NCBI RefSeq assembly: GCF_031769215.1 | Contig: NW_026782658.1 | Location: 310,001-374,000, forward strand | Reading direction: 5' to 3' | Length of the DNA stretch: 64,000 nucleotides | Source: Ylistrum balloti | Lineage: Eukaryota | Shown: positions 11,880-26,300 of the stretch, in pieces | How positions within the stretch are numbered: the stretch's first letter is position 1 | Layout of the letters: every line of letters starts with the position of its first letter | The notes under the pieces: model-generated | What the model was told of the DNA's origin: nothing | The model's database searches: none | What the model saw: only the letters and a program-made list of their open reading frames with translations | Made by a program: the position numbers and the translations under genes

Positions 11880-14820
11880 TTATATACTGTGGTTCTGTTA
11901 TTATATGATGTGATCCTGTTATTATATGTTGTGGTCCTGTTATTATATGCTGTGGTCCAGTTATAATACGTTGTGGTTCTGTTATTATATGTTGTGGTTC
12001 TGTTATTATATGCAGTGGTTCTGTTATTATATGCTGTGGTTCTGTTATTATATACTGTGGTTCTGTTATTATATGCTGTGGTTCTGTTATTATATGATGT
12101 GGTTCTGTTATTATATGCTGTGGTTTATTATTATATACTGTGGTTCTGCTATTATATGATGTGGTTCTGTTATTATATGCTGTGGTTCTGTTATTATATG
12201 CTGTGGTTCTGTTATTATGTACTGTGGTTTTGTTATTATATGATGTGGTTCTGTTATTATATGCTGTGGTTCTGTTATTATATACTGTGGTTCTGTTATT
12301 ATATGTTGTGGTCCTTTTTTATATACTGTGGTTCTGTTATTATATGCTGTGGTTCTGTTATGATATGCTGTGGTTCTGTTATTATATACTGTGGTTCTGT
12401 TATTATATGATGTGGTTCTGTTATTATATGCTGTGGTTCTGTTAATATATACTGTGGTTCTGTTATTATATGCTGTGGTTCTGTTATCATATGTTGTGGT
12501 TCATTTATTATATGCTGTGGTTCTGTTATTATATGCTGTGGTTCTGTTATTATGTACTGTGGTTTTGTTATTATATGATGTGGTTCTGTTATTATATGCT
12601 GTGGTTCTGTTATTATATACTGTGGTTCTGTTATTATATGTTGTGGTCCTTTTTTATATACTGTGGTTCTGTTATTATATGCTGTGGTTCTGTTATGATA
12701 TGCTGTGGTTCTGTTATTATATACTGTGGTTCTGTTATTATATGATGTGGTTCTGTTATTATATGCTGTGGTTCTGTTAATATATACTGTGGTTCTGTTA
12801 TTATATGCTGTGGTCCTGTTATAATATGTTGTGGTCCTGTTATTATATGTTGTTATTCTGTTGTTATATGCTGTGGTTCTGTTATCATATGTTGTGGTCC
12901 TGTTATTATATGTTGTTGTTGTGGTCCTGTTATTATATGTTGTTATTCTGTTATTATATGTTGTGGTCCTTTTTTATATGCTGTGGTTCTGTTATTATAT
13001 GTTGTGTTCATTTATTATATGATGTGGTTCTGTTATTATATGCTGTGGTTTATTATTATATACTGTGGTTCTGCTATTATATGATGTGGTTCTGTTATTA
13101 TATGCTGTGGTTCTGTTATTATATGCTGTGGTTCTGTTATTATGTACTGTGGTTTTGTTATTATATGATGTGGTTCTGTTATTATATGCTGTGGTTCTGT
13201 TATTATATACTGTGGTCCTGTTATTATATACTGTGGTCCTGTTATTATATGATGTGGTTCTGTTATTATATGCTGTGGTTCTGTTATTATATGCTGTGGT
13301 TCTGTTATTATATACTGTGGTCCTGTTATTATATGTTGTGGTTCTGTTATTATATGCTGTGGTTCTGTTATTATATACTGTGGTTCTGTTATTATATGCT
13401 GTGGTCCTGTTATAATATGTTGTGGTTCTGTTATCATATGTTGTGGTTCTGTTATTATATGCTGTGGTTCTGTTATTATATGCTGTGGTTCTGTTATTAT
13501 GTACTGTGGTTTTGTTATTATATGATGTGGTTCTGTTATTATATGCTGTGGTTCTGTTATTATATACTGTGGTTCTGTTATTATATGTTGTGGTCCTTTT
13601 TTATATACTGTGGTTCTGTTATTATATGCTGTGGTTCTGTTATGATATGCTGTGGTTCTGTTATTATATGATGTGGTTCTGTTATTATATGCTGTGGTTC
13701 TGTTAATATATACTGTGGTTCTGTTATTATATGCTGTGGTCCTGTTATAATATGTTGTGGTTCTGTTATCATATGTTGTGGTTCTGTTATTATATGCTGT
13801 GGTTCTGTTATCATATGTTGTGGTTCTGTTATCATATGTGGTGGTTCTGTTATTATATGCTGTGGTTCTGTTATAATACGCTGTGGTTCTGTTATTATAT
13901 GTTGTGGTCCTTTTTTATATGCTGTGGTTCTGTTATTATATGTTGTGTTCATTTATTATATGCTGTGGTTCTGTTATTATATGCTGTGGTTCTGTTATTA
14001 TATGCTGTGGTTCTGTTATCATATGCTGTGGTTCTGTTATTTCATGCTGTGGTTCTGTTATTATATGCTGTGGTTCTGTTATTATATGCTGTGGTTTATT
14101 ATTATATATTGTGGTTCTGTTATTATATGATATGGTTCTGTTATTATATATTGTGGTTCTGTTATTATATGATGTGGTTCTGTTATTATATGATGTGATC
14201 CTGTTATTATATACTGTGGTTCTGTTATTATATGCTGTGATCCTGTTATTATATACTGTGGTTCTGTTATATGTTGTGGTTCTGTTATTATATGCTGTGG
14301 TTCTGTTATTATATACTGTGGTCCTGTTATTATATACTGTGGTTCTGTTATTATATACTGTGGTCCTGTTATTATATACTGTGGTTCTGTTATTATATGA
14401 TGTGGTTCTGTTATTATATACTGTGGTTCTGTTATTATATGATGTGATCCTGTTATTATATATTGTAGTTCTGTTATCATATACTGTGGTTCTGGTATTA
14501 TATGCTGTGGTTTATTATTATATACTGTGGTTCTGTTATTATATGCTGTGGTTCTGTTATTATATGCTGTGGTTCTGTTATCATATGCTGTGGTTCTTTA
14601 TCATATGTTGTGGTTCTGTTATTATATGATGTGATCCTGTTATTATATGTTGTGGTTCTGTTATTATATGATGTGGTTCTGTTATTATATGCTGTGGTTC
14701 TGTTATTATATACTGTGGTTCTGTTATCATATATTGTGGTTCTGTTATTATATACGGTGGTTCTGTTATTATATGCTGTGGTTCCACCATTACATGTTGT
14801 GGGTTGATTATTATATGCTG
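11880..14820. repeat. About 2.9-kb 21-bp minisatellite (TGTGGTTCTGTTATTATATGC), about 140 copies
   Basis: Directly visible; the 7-aa periodic ORFs in all frames (MLWFCYY, VVLLLYA, ITEPQHI) are artefacts of the array. Confidence 0.97.
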
Positions 14821-16588
14821 CTGATATTTTTTATGAGGTATGTTATTATATGGTGGTTGGGAATTAGCAACACTAGATCACAGCTACCATATTCCTGACT
14901 GTGGGGAAAATGTTGAAGTACAGATAGTAAAAGTGAAAACAGGTATTTATGAATTATAATGCTTTCAATCAAGTCAATCTAAACTTTCTTTTTAGATGAG
15001 TAGCAAAGAATGGAGTTTTTAGTGCAAATTTATAGCGAGCGCTTTAAGGTATTGTGTGTGTGGTTATTCAACTCCCAACGAACTGCCCATGCGATCAACT
15101 TTAAACAGAAGTGTGGCTGGAACTTCATTACCCACAATACACTTACCGCAGCACGCAATGAGAATTGCCGACCCGTTGAATGGATTAAAATGATTTTGAC
15201 AGACAAATTGTTGTTTCAAGCTCTCATGTGGAAATGAAATAATACTAAAAGTCTTAAATAATTCAAATGGATTTAACAAATATATACTTTAATGGTTTTA
15301 AACGCATATAACGAATATCTCGTTGAAAAATTACAGTTTTAACCATTCAAGATATGGGCACGATTGTGCATCAATGTACCTGATTTCCGGTTTGACCGCC
15401 GGGAACTTTCGTCACTTTCCGTATGACATCATCTCTTACACGAAAGCAGCCGAAAGGTACCGATTTGGCGAAAACTCTGTCCTGTCTCCTAATAATGCTA
15501 ATTCTGCAAGATGTGGATATTCTTTCGATAAATGTTTGAAATTATTTATGATCAAGTATATGAATGTTTAGAAATTTTCCAGCAGACACTTATAAGGCAC
15601 GATGATAAGATAACTATTAGTGGTGAGGTTTTTTTTGTTGGTTTTTTTTTTTTCGGAAAAATGCATTTTATGTGATATATTGTGACTTTTGAATTTCATT
15701 TAAACATTTACATTTATATTGATTTTCTGAATTACAATGTATAACACAATAGTCTCAACAGTGTTTATAACTTCACCCTCTTTTTTCCATCATGACAAGT
15801 CAACATTGCTTAAAAAACTGAAGGTTCTAAAGTATTTTATGATTTGTTAATTAACAGATCGAAAACTTCAATAGCAAAGAGAAAAGAAAACGATGGTAGA
15901 GAAAATTCTGTTGTTAATAAATGAAAATTTGTTAAATATATAACCACCACGGTCACAAATCAAACTAAAACTACCGGTATATCGTATTTCACAATATTTT
16001 GACTACAAACTCTATTTTTTAAGGCAAAATCGATATATAGTCCTCTCTACAATATCTGTAACTCTGAAAGGGAAACTCTTGTACATTTATTTTGAAAACT
16101 TTTTTTATCAATTTTTAAGTCGAGATATGTTGTCAAAGACTTTATTAGTACATTTACTGTTGCCATTGAAACCGATGACCCTCATCACGAATTTCAGTTT
16201 TTCTGGGCCAATGCTCTGAAACAATTTACGATAATTGCTCAAAATATTTTACATTTACCGGTATTAGTCTTGTAGTATTTTTTGCTAATGGGGAAGTTCA
16301 CCATTTAAATAGTTTCTGTTACCATGGAAACAGATAGGCCAAATCACAAAGTTAAGTTTTTTTTCATGCCAGTTCTCTTAAACCATTCAAGGTAATCACC
16401 TGTTACTCAAAACTTTGTACAGGCATCAAGCTAGTACTTTAGCAGAAGTTCTCAATTTCAATACTTTGTATGGAATTATTTGAATCGAACCAAGGACGGG
16501 TAGGTGAAAGACAAGTGTGTTACAACTGTGCCACCAAATCATCGACTGATCATGTTGATACATTGTTTTCTAGAAGATCAACAAGATG

Positions 16589-16589
<1 letters not shown>

Positions 16590-16652
<63 letters not shown>
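16590..16652. repeat. (GAT)21 microsatellite
   Basis: Perfect GAT run; explains the poly-D and poly-M ORFs. Confidence 0.97.
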
Positions 16653-16719
16653 ATATTGGTACATTTGTATGTGCAGATGTTTTGTTAAAATCTTGCGAAA
16701 TGAACTATTTTAAAAACAC

Positions 16720-16900
16720 ATTCAGGATCAGGCTGTTCAAAATGTGAATCTTGTTGACCGACTTGAGCTCGCTTTTAGGCAGTGACTATTTCATATTATG
16801 TACCAAGAATATTAAGCCAATGATTTTTTTTTCGAAGTTCAAGACTTAGAAGAGGTGATTGCTTGAAGTACGAAATCGAAAGTGCCATTGTTGTGATTTC
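16720..16900 (+). mobile_element. Highly degenerate LINE reverse-transcriptase fragment
   Basis: TTCGAAGTTCAAGACTTAGAAGAGGTGATTGCTTG resembles FEV(K)-GLRQGDCLS with frameshifts. Confidence 0.35.
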
Positions 16901-17340
16901 CTTTTTAAAATCAACCCTTAGTCATCATTGAAGATTTTGCTAACGATCGTTATCATCATTCACCTGTCTATAAATGCAATTTCAATCACGTTCCCTTCTC
17001 ACCTCCGAGCACGGCTGGAAATAAATGAATGAAACTCAAAATAGTAATGAATTCTAATGCTTCAATATTCAGGCCATGGGAGCAGCCATTTGTAATCAAA
17101 AACACGGAGATGAGAATCTCGCGATAACTTAGTTTCGTATCATGTATTGGTGAATAAAACCTGTTATATTTTGTAAGATTTTAATTGGCACACATAAGTG
17201 ATTATATAAGAATTACTGTGTTAGAAAATGAAAGCTATATTCGTCCTGCTTAAAATTATTACGAAACTAAATCCAGAAGTCTATCCTCGCGAACTATTGA
17301 CATTGGTGCTGACATTGGGGCACATTGCTCCTAGGTTATA

Positions 17341-20300
17341 ATGTATCGTCCTCCTCAAATTGCCCGCATTTTCCTTCGGTGTAGTCAGTCCAACAGACAT
17401 GTGGTCAGATGCATCAGTACCCGAGGAAGCAAGCTTCAAACCTGGCACAGGATAAGGTACGAAAATACACATGCCGGTACCGGTAACCCCCTTTGACCAT
17501 TGTAACAAAATAGAGTTCAAATATACTTGTCACAAGGCAAAGAAAACAACTAGTTGTTCTGCTCCTTGTAATTTTTTATGAACCGGCGGACGCACATGGG
17601 AGAAACCCCTAAAAGCAAACACACGACCTTATAAGAATACCTATTAGATGCGTATTCTGTATGACAATAAATGGAAATATTTGGACCGGTATGGAATAAT
17701 TAAACAATTATGATTCACAATTCCGCAACTATTAATTAAATGTATAATACAGTTAAACGTTAGTTTAATTACCTTCCAAGACCTGTACAATGTCTGGTAA
17801 AATGTGTCAAAGCCCAGTTGTCTTTTCAATATACTGCACCAAGACTCAGAGGACTCCCGAGGATACGTCCCCACCATGGCCGACTGCGACGAATGCGCAG
17901 TTGTAAAACGGTTTTGTTTAATCAACTTTCACACTCGCATGCTTTCTCCACAACTTACACCCTAATTAACACATAACTAAATAACAACACCAAATATGGA
18001 CAAGACAGGACGTGCACACAGGACCAACGTGGCACAGGCACAACACGTGAATATACTAAAAATGGAAACAGATGTTTTCCCGTTTCACAACATATAACAA
18101 TACACAACTCGAAATGAATATATATGTACCTGTCACATATTGTTACAAAAGGTGGTTTCGATATTAGTGTAAACCAGATACATAAGTAGAGTAATCTTTG
18201 ACTGACTCATGTAGGATTAATTTTATCAATATGTAATATCTAGTGGACTGGTTGTGAATTATGAATGCACACCGTTCTCTGTAATTGTATTTACAGTGGA
18301 AAGTTTTGCTATCTACTAATCATGTTAGTCTATACTATTGGCAAACTTAGCTATCTTTCGGAAGGCGGTCTGCCTTTGAAAATGCCCGTTACGCCGAAGA
18401 CAATACTGAAACGTGAAATTCTCCTGGTTAACATGTATTAGACAGTTTAATCAGCCAAGGTCCAACTAATGGGGCATTGGATCATGGCATTGCCATGACA
18501 AGACCTGATGGGTTAGGGATAAAAAGCAGGGGAGATTTGGGGCTGGGGGGAGAAAGCTCACTAGCCCTATAGACAGAGGGGTGAGAGGGATAGCTCACTA
18601 GCCATATGGACAGACAGGTTACACCATGATGAACACTATGAGCAGTGGGTATTTCAGTATATAACTTGAAAGTACTGTTTGTATACAGGGACAGATCTGA
18701 CGCGAAGTGAAGTATGAGTATATAAACTCTGTATGCTGTTGAGATGTTGCTTTTGTACATGCAACATTATTATTATTCAACATGTAATAAACATGGCTAT
18801 TGCCAACAATTAGTGTGTTTACGCCTACTGTGTTATACCATTCCTTTCAAACTGATCATGACTATCTTCTCCAGATTTTGAGTTTTGGAAATATTTGGCG
18901 ACGTTCATTGTACTTGCTGAAATAATGATGATGTTTGAAAATGATCTTATCAAATTCACAAACAAGGACTATAAGCTGGTTTCTCAAAAATTTTATTCCA
19001 CATGTCATATTTTTAAATCAGGTTGTTTCATATAGACTGTATTATATGTCCCAGTATAAATGTATAATATAAAAGCCTCACAGCTATCAGAGTGATCTGG
19101 TCTTGCCATAATTCTAAGGTCGTCTGTCAGTACATGTATACAAATGTTTTCATTTCAAAACATTTTATTAATACAAAGTATTAATAGGATTAGACAGCAG
19201 GCTAGTGCCTATATAAGTCTTCTCCAAATGTTTTGATGTGGAGAACAGTCAGTGATCAGTGAATGGTCAGTCCACAGTCATATGTTCACATAAATTTAAC
19301 GTACATACTCAACAGAACAAGCAGAACACTATGTACATGAAACTCCAATTACAAGTGCATGATGTGTACAAAGACTTACAGTGACAGGACAGATACAGTA
19401 TACATCCATGTATAGAAAGAGAGAGTGACATACGCTAGTACAATGATATAATCTTAATTTTATGATCCTTATATACATGTATAGTACAGTATGATGAATA
19501 TGGATAAAAGTGACAAAAAATTGCAGATACTTTTATAACTCACTATCATAACAATAATACATAATAGATATTCTGACAGGAGAGTAAAAGCCAAGTAGTA
19601 TATTGTAGCCAAAGTAGGCTATAGTTTAAATTCTGAATATCTGCTTTATACATTTCTATCTAATGCATGTAATATCTAGTACATGTTATCCTATAAACAG
19701 TGAGAGATATCAACCAGTGCCAGGATCATCATTCAGATGATTAATGTGCCAAGGAACCATAATTTTTACAGCATGCCACAAACAGATTGGAGCTTTCTTT
19801 ATCTGTAAGATTGTCTCATAACACCTATATTTGTTGAATGTACATTTTTTCCACTTACTCTTCTTTAGCTTATGTTTGTGTTAGTCATACCTCTTCAAGT
19901 CACATGTCTAAACTCTTTGCATATGTGCAGGAGTTCAGACAACAACGAACCAAATGTTTTGCTGTCTCTCTCAGTCTCCACTTCATTTTTGTGCCTTTTG
20001 TGTATTTGATGAAGTCATCAATATTGTGACTACATATTAATTATAATCCGTTTCAGATTATAAAGTAGCAGAATTGATCAGAGGACATATTTATAGATGA
20101 AATAAAGCTGAGAATGTATGTTTTTGACTGGTATATTTTTGTAATGATACATGTCATAACTTTAAAATTTAAGAAAAAAATTATTGCTGTAACCTCTTTT
20201 CCTAAAACTTTCATAACGTCTTTGTGAAATATTCTTTTCTTCAGAAAAGTCACTGATGAAGTGAGCACAAGACATCAGCAGTTGTTTCGTCAGAAGCCAG

Positions 20301-23300
20301 TATGTTCTCTACAGCGGTATTACAGTGCAGATCTGCCAACACATTACAAGATAGCACTTCCGGCCCTTTCTCCCACAATGGAGGCTGGTACCATTGTAAA
20401 CTGGCAGAAGTCAGAAGGTGATCGTGTGGTGGAGGGTGACCTTCTGGCAGAGATTGAGACAGATAAAGCCACTATGGGGTTTGAATCTGTTGAGGAGGGT
20501 TACCTTGCAAGAATCTTCATTCCTGCTGGAACAAAGGACATTCCCGTGGGCAAAGTAAGGACCAACACACTGACTTTTACCTTACTTAACTGTTTAGAAG
20601 TTTACATAAGTAATTGATATGTTAGATATCATATGTTATATCCTAAATATTCCCCTAAAAATATCTAGATTATGTGAATTTCATGTTTGCTTGTTAGTCT
20701 TTGTTCTCTATACAGGTTAATAATGTAACTGTATCCATTTGATTTCAATGCCAATAAGCTATCTTTAAGAATCTATATTCATTGTTTATCAACTCAATAT
20801 GACCTGTCCATGTTTACATGTAGACAACCACTCTAACCCTTCATAACTGTTGTATTTAGTGTGAAGAGTTATTAATTATCAGCTTTTCCCTTCAACAGTT
20901 GCTGTGTATTATTGTGGAGGAAGAAGCAGATATTGCTGCTTTCGCTGATTATGTAGAGACTGCGGAAGACAAACCACCATCTACAGAAGCAGCTGCCCCT
21001 CCCCCTGCCCCAACTCCAACACCAGCAGCGCCTCCTCCACCACCAGCAGCAGCCCCTGTCATAGCTCCTCCTACTCCAGCCCCTATGGCTGCCCCTACTC
21101 CTGCTGTTGTAGCTGCCCCTGGGGGTAAGGTGCAAGCCTCACCTCTAGCCAGGGAACTTGCAAGACAGAAAGGCATTGACCTTACAGTAAGAGACCTTGA
21201 TATCTGTAAACAAGATTTTAGGTTGTTTCCATTGTAATGGAGCTTTGAAGTTTTTATAAGATTTATCCTTAAAATGAAGTATAGCAATCCTCTTTCAGCA
21301 GATATTTGCTGAATCAAGTATTGTTTCTAGAATAATGATAGATTTTGATCAAATGTTATCTTCCATTTTCCCAGTTTGTTGATGCACAGCATATCTTTGA
21401 TTCTTGACTTTAGAATGAGATATTTTTCCTGTTCTAGTTTTGGAATTTTTTATAAGGTTTTATATTGTTTTATAATAGAAACTAGTTTTAATACTGGTAT
21501 GAAATGGCAGATTGCTGACTCCGTAAGTGTCTTCAAGCTGATTTAAATTCTTCATTCAACAGCAAGTAAAGGGATCTGGGGCTGATGGTGAAGTTCGTGC
21601 AGATGATGTTAGGAACTTTGTCCCTGGAGGAGCAGTTGTGGCCCCCACAGCTCTAACAGCTGTTCCTGGTGCAGCTTACATTGACATCCCTCTTTCTGCC
21701 ATGAGACAGGTACTTATACATCAGTTGATGATAATCTGATGTGTAAAGGTAATCATAGAACATATACATGTATATCAAGGGCTATAAACTCCTAGCTTTG
21801 TCTTATGGTAGAGGAGAGGGGATTAGGATAAAACAACGGCGACCTCTGTTTTTATGCTAAGAGCATTTTCAATGCTCTTCAGCATGTTGTTCAGATTGTG
21901 ATAATTATTTCTCCACTTGAAAAGGGACACTTTATGTTGTGCCTTACAAATTTATAAACTTCACCAATGTATGACCTGTCATATCTTTATTCTTTGGTTT
22001 TCTATTTGATAATACTGGTTGCACTTGTAAAAGATAGAAACCATTAACAATTTGACTGGTTGAATTGAATACTCATTCATTTTATCTTAATTATCACAGT
22101 TTGTGTTTGGTTTTCCCCCAGAAAAGGTGTTCCCTAGAAATTAAAAAGGGTCCTTCTGTATAGTTTGATAAGAAATTCCTGAAAATAACTCGGGTTCCTT
22201 TTTAATTGCTATGCTTCATGGGGACAACTTAATTTGATTATGTATATTCGTCTCCTACAGACCATAGCCAAACGATTATTGCAGTCCAAGCAGACGATTC
22301 CGCACTATTATCTTACTGTAGATCTGAATGTTGACAGTGTTTTAAGGTAAGTTCTACAAATCTTTGTAGTGTAAGTGGTCAAAGTTCAAAAACCGCAGAT
22401 GCAAAGGGGTGGGGTGGGGGGTTATTTTCATTGATTTTTTGGGTACTTTTAATCCAAGAATTCATATTTACATGTCCTGTAAAAATTAGTGTAAGTAGTT
22501 TTATTAAGCTATATGTATCCACAAGGTCAAGTGTCCTCCAAAAATGGTAATTATTTGAAGAGTCATGAAAATTGAGCCCCTTAAAAATGTACAATTTTAC
22601 AGTATGTATTTTTTGAACTTTTTTGTAAGTCTTGTTATTGACAGAGCAAACATTAAGCATCAGATTTGTCAGTTTTTAGGTAACTATGTGTACTTTTTTC
22701 TAGATTAAGACGAGATTTGAATGAAGTTTTGGCAAAAGACAACATAAAACTATCTGTTAATGACTTCATCATCAAGGCTTCTGCACTGTCATGTCGCAAG
22801 GTTCCTGAGGCGAACTCCTCCTGGATGGATAACCACATTCGACAGTAAGTCCTACAAATCATCACAGGCTTACTAGACTGCATTGAAGTCTATGTTCTGT
22901 CAAACAAACTGGTTCATTATTGTTTTTAATTTTTGATAAGTGCCAGTCTTTCATGATATATCAGGCATATATCATGAAAGACTGGCACATATTAAAAATG
23001 TTTTTTCCTTTCTGTGGTTGCTCATTATCAGAAGTGATATTTTTATGTATAAGGATAATTATTTATATGTAAAGTTCTAATACTTAATTGATAAAGTTTA
23101 ATTTTGATCCTTTGCACAGTTAAAGTTGTTATTAAATATTTATAACATTTTGAAAAACATAACATTTTATGTGTGTTTTTTTTCTCCTGCTTCTTAATGG
23201 TGAAAATACAGCATAGCTTTTATATTAGATAAATATTTAACCCTTTCGGCAATTATCTCTTACAATGTACAACTCAGCGCAAAATATTTTCCAGAAAATA

Positions 23301-26300
23301 TCCGAAAACAATGGTAGCATTACTGAAACAAGCATATCTTGTCTAATAATAAAGGTATGAAAATTGTTGACCAAAGTCGCCTACGGCGGCCTGTCTGCAT
23401 GTCGACTTTTGTCGCCTATGGCGGCCTGTCTGCATGTCGACTTTAGGAGTCTACGGCGGCCTGTCTGCATGTAGACTTTAGTTGCCTATGGCGCCGAAAG
23501 GGTTAAATGTATTTTGGTTTTGACACTTTATGGCAAAATTTGGACATGTCAAAATAAACCAATTATATGGTATCTATATTCTCTCTACAAATCCTTGTCT
23601 GTTTAGGTACAACGCTGTAGATGTGAATGTAGCAGTAGCTACACCAAATGGTCTGATAACACCAATTGTCTTCAGAGCAGACATTAAGGTAATAGGAAAC
23701 TCAAAAAAAATTTTTTTTAGATAAGTTGAAACCTCATTTTGATGATCAGGAAGATACTATGTGTATTTCAGCAGATATTTATTTCAAAATGCTGTACAGT
23801 TTAGTTTTGTAAATGCAGTAAAATCAGGTTCAATTAAAATAGCAATTACATATATATGTAAATGTATAGTAAACCATCTTTTTTCACATGCAAACTTCGT
23901 GGTGAAAAGCAAAAATGCAAAAATAAGTCAATGTAGAATGCACAGATGATAAACAATAGTTTTAAAGGTTAAACTTTGTTGATTATACACTATGGGATGA
24001 TTTATTCTTCATACAGAGTTTATTCTAATTCAATGTGAACAGTACATACAGCTATAAGACTTATCACATTTCATAAATGTCGTGTTGATTCTAATGTAAT
24101 TGACATGTTAGTCCTTTGAGTGTTCGATTCTGAGGAGTCCATGTTTGGTAACTTTCAGATAAAGATTGCTAGCATGCTTGATTACTGTGTCACCTGTATA
24201 TAAAGCCAAACAAGGTTTAAGATAATTGTTATCAACCTTCCCATTGCTATTGAAACAGAAGCATGAGATATTGAATAAATTTTTAAGTTAATTACTTGTA
24301 GACTGGTCCATTCCAGGTTAAAATAAATACCATGCACATAGAATTTTTGAATGGTGTTTCAGAATTTACAAAAGTAAATTGGCAAGAACTTGTTGTATTG
24401 CTAAAATCATGAAAGTTAGTAGGTATGGTAACTGCTGTGGCATATTCTATATTTTCTGGAGAACGAGACAAAAACCGTTATATGGTGATTAGTAACTTGA
24501 CAATTTGTTAAACTTTAATTTCTCAGGGTTTGTCAGACATCACTCAGGACGTCTCCAGGCTAGCATCAAAGGCCAGAGAAGGCAAGCTTCAACCACAGGA
24601 GTTCCAGGTAAGTGTTATAAAATAGTGACAGGAGTGGTCTTTGGACTGCTTTCTGTCACTGGAGTTTCTGGTAAATAGCCACAGTGATGGACTAAACTTT
24701 ATAGCCTATAGTAATGATTTCAGACTAATGTGCCTGATGAGTCCAGAGGAGAGCTCAATAAATTGTTGCTGAGGCCATCCTTTAAATTTTCTATGTTTGG
24801 TATTGACCGAAGACCCTGGATCTGTTAATAGGAAAAAATTTGCTATTGCAAAACAAAATATATAATAAATTAGTCGGTTTCTTATCATGATTATTACCTG
24901 TATTTATATTATTATGAAACACTCTGAAAACTAGTTAAAAAGATTTTTTGAATACATGTCAAGAAAATTAAGGAGAAAAATTGATTTGGAAAAGGGTTAT
25001 ATGATTTTGCTAGCCAATTCTGTAGGAGGTTACTTATATTTAAATGAATTACAGACATCACAGCTTGGTTTGTTTTGTTTCAGGGAGGAACATTTACTAT
25101 CTCCAACCTTGGCATGTATGGGATAAAGTCATTCTCTGCTGTTATTAACCCTCCACAAGTAAGTACATCTGTCCTTTTTGTACTAGTCTGTGCCCGATAA
25201 TCAGCTCACCCATACAACACTACAATTCAACAGTAAAATTACCAATAAGTGATATAACAACTTGTCTGTATGAAGTCCACACACTGATTTTCAGTGCAAT
25301 TGAATGTACTGGCCCATTGGACTTGATGTAAATTACAAGATGATAATTCATCTATATATATTTTCAAATTGATGCCATGGATAATGTCATCTTTTACACC
25401 TATTGATGAAATCAAGGTTAGTATTTTCATGCTTTACCTCAAAAGTAAAACTTAGGTGTATCTTTGTTTGATTAATATACACAAAGAAGAGATGCAAATA
25501 TTTTTTGTCAGAAAAGCTAGACTGTGGTGTTTCTTTTGGCAGCAACAGCAAATTGTTAACATTTTACTTATATTTTTACCATGCATTTATAAATAAACAA
25601 AACAACAACATATGTTGTATATAATTTTTACATATTATTCATTAGAATTAATTTTTGTACTTTGAAACAAGGAGACCAAGCATGTTTTTCATTTTGCTTC
25701 AAAAAAAAACATACTAACAAAGCAGGACAGGCATGACATATACTTGTGTGTAAATCTTGTGTTTACTTCCAGGCATGTATTCTGGCAGTGGGTGGAGCAG
25801 AAAAGAGACTGGTCGTAGATGAGGACAGCAATCAAGGGTAAGTTGATTCTCAAAACATCTTGCATTGTTTGGTATCATCAATCTATCACAGGGGTCAGTA
25901 TATAAGTCATCAGGGTCAACGGGGATTATATCACAGGGGTAAGTATATAGGTCATCAGGGTCAACGGGGATCATATCACAGGGGTCAGTATATAGGTCAT
26001 CAGGGTCAATGGGGATCATATCACAGGAATCAGTATATAGGTCATCAGGGATCATATCACAGGGGTTAGTATATAGGTCATCAGGGTCAACGGGGATCAT
26101 ATCACAGGGGTCAGTATATAGGTCATCAGGGTAAACGGGGATCATATCACAGGGGTTAGAATATAGGTCATCAGGGTCAACGGAATCACATCACATGGGT
26201 CAGTATTAAGGTCATCAGGATCAATGGGGATCATATCACAGGGGTCAGTATATAGGTCAACAGGGTCAACGGGGATCATATCACAGGGGTCAGTTGACAG

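Noticed and set aside
11926-14898. Many long ORFs (up to 288 aa) rich in W/C/Y, V/L or ITEPQH
   Set aside because: Open frames on both strands of a 21-bp array; no evidence of a real protein.
17871-17880. Perfect Kozak CCACCATGG on + in DLAT intron 1
   Set aside because: Leads to a short ORF with no donor linking it to DLAT exon 2.
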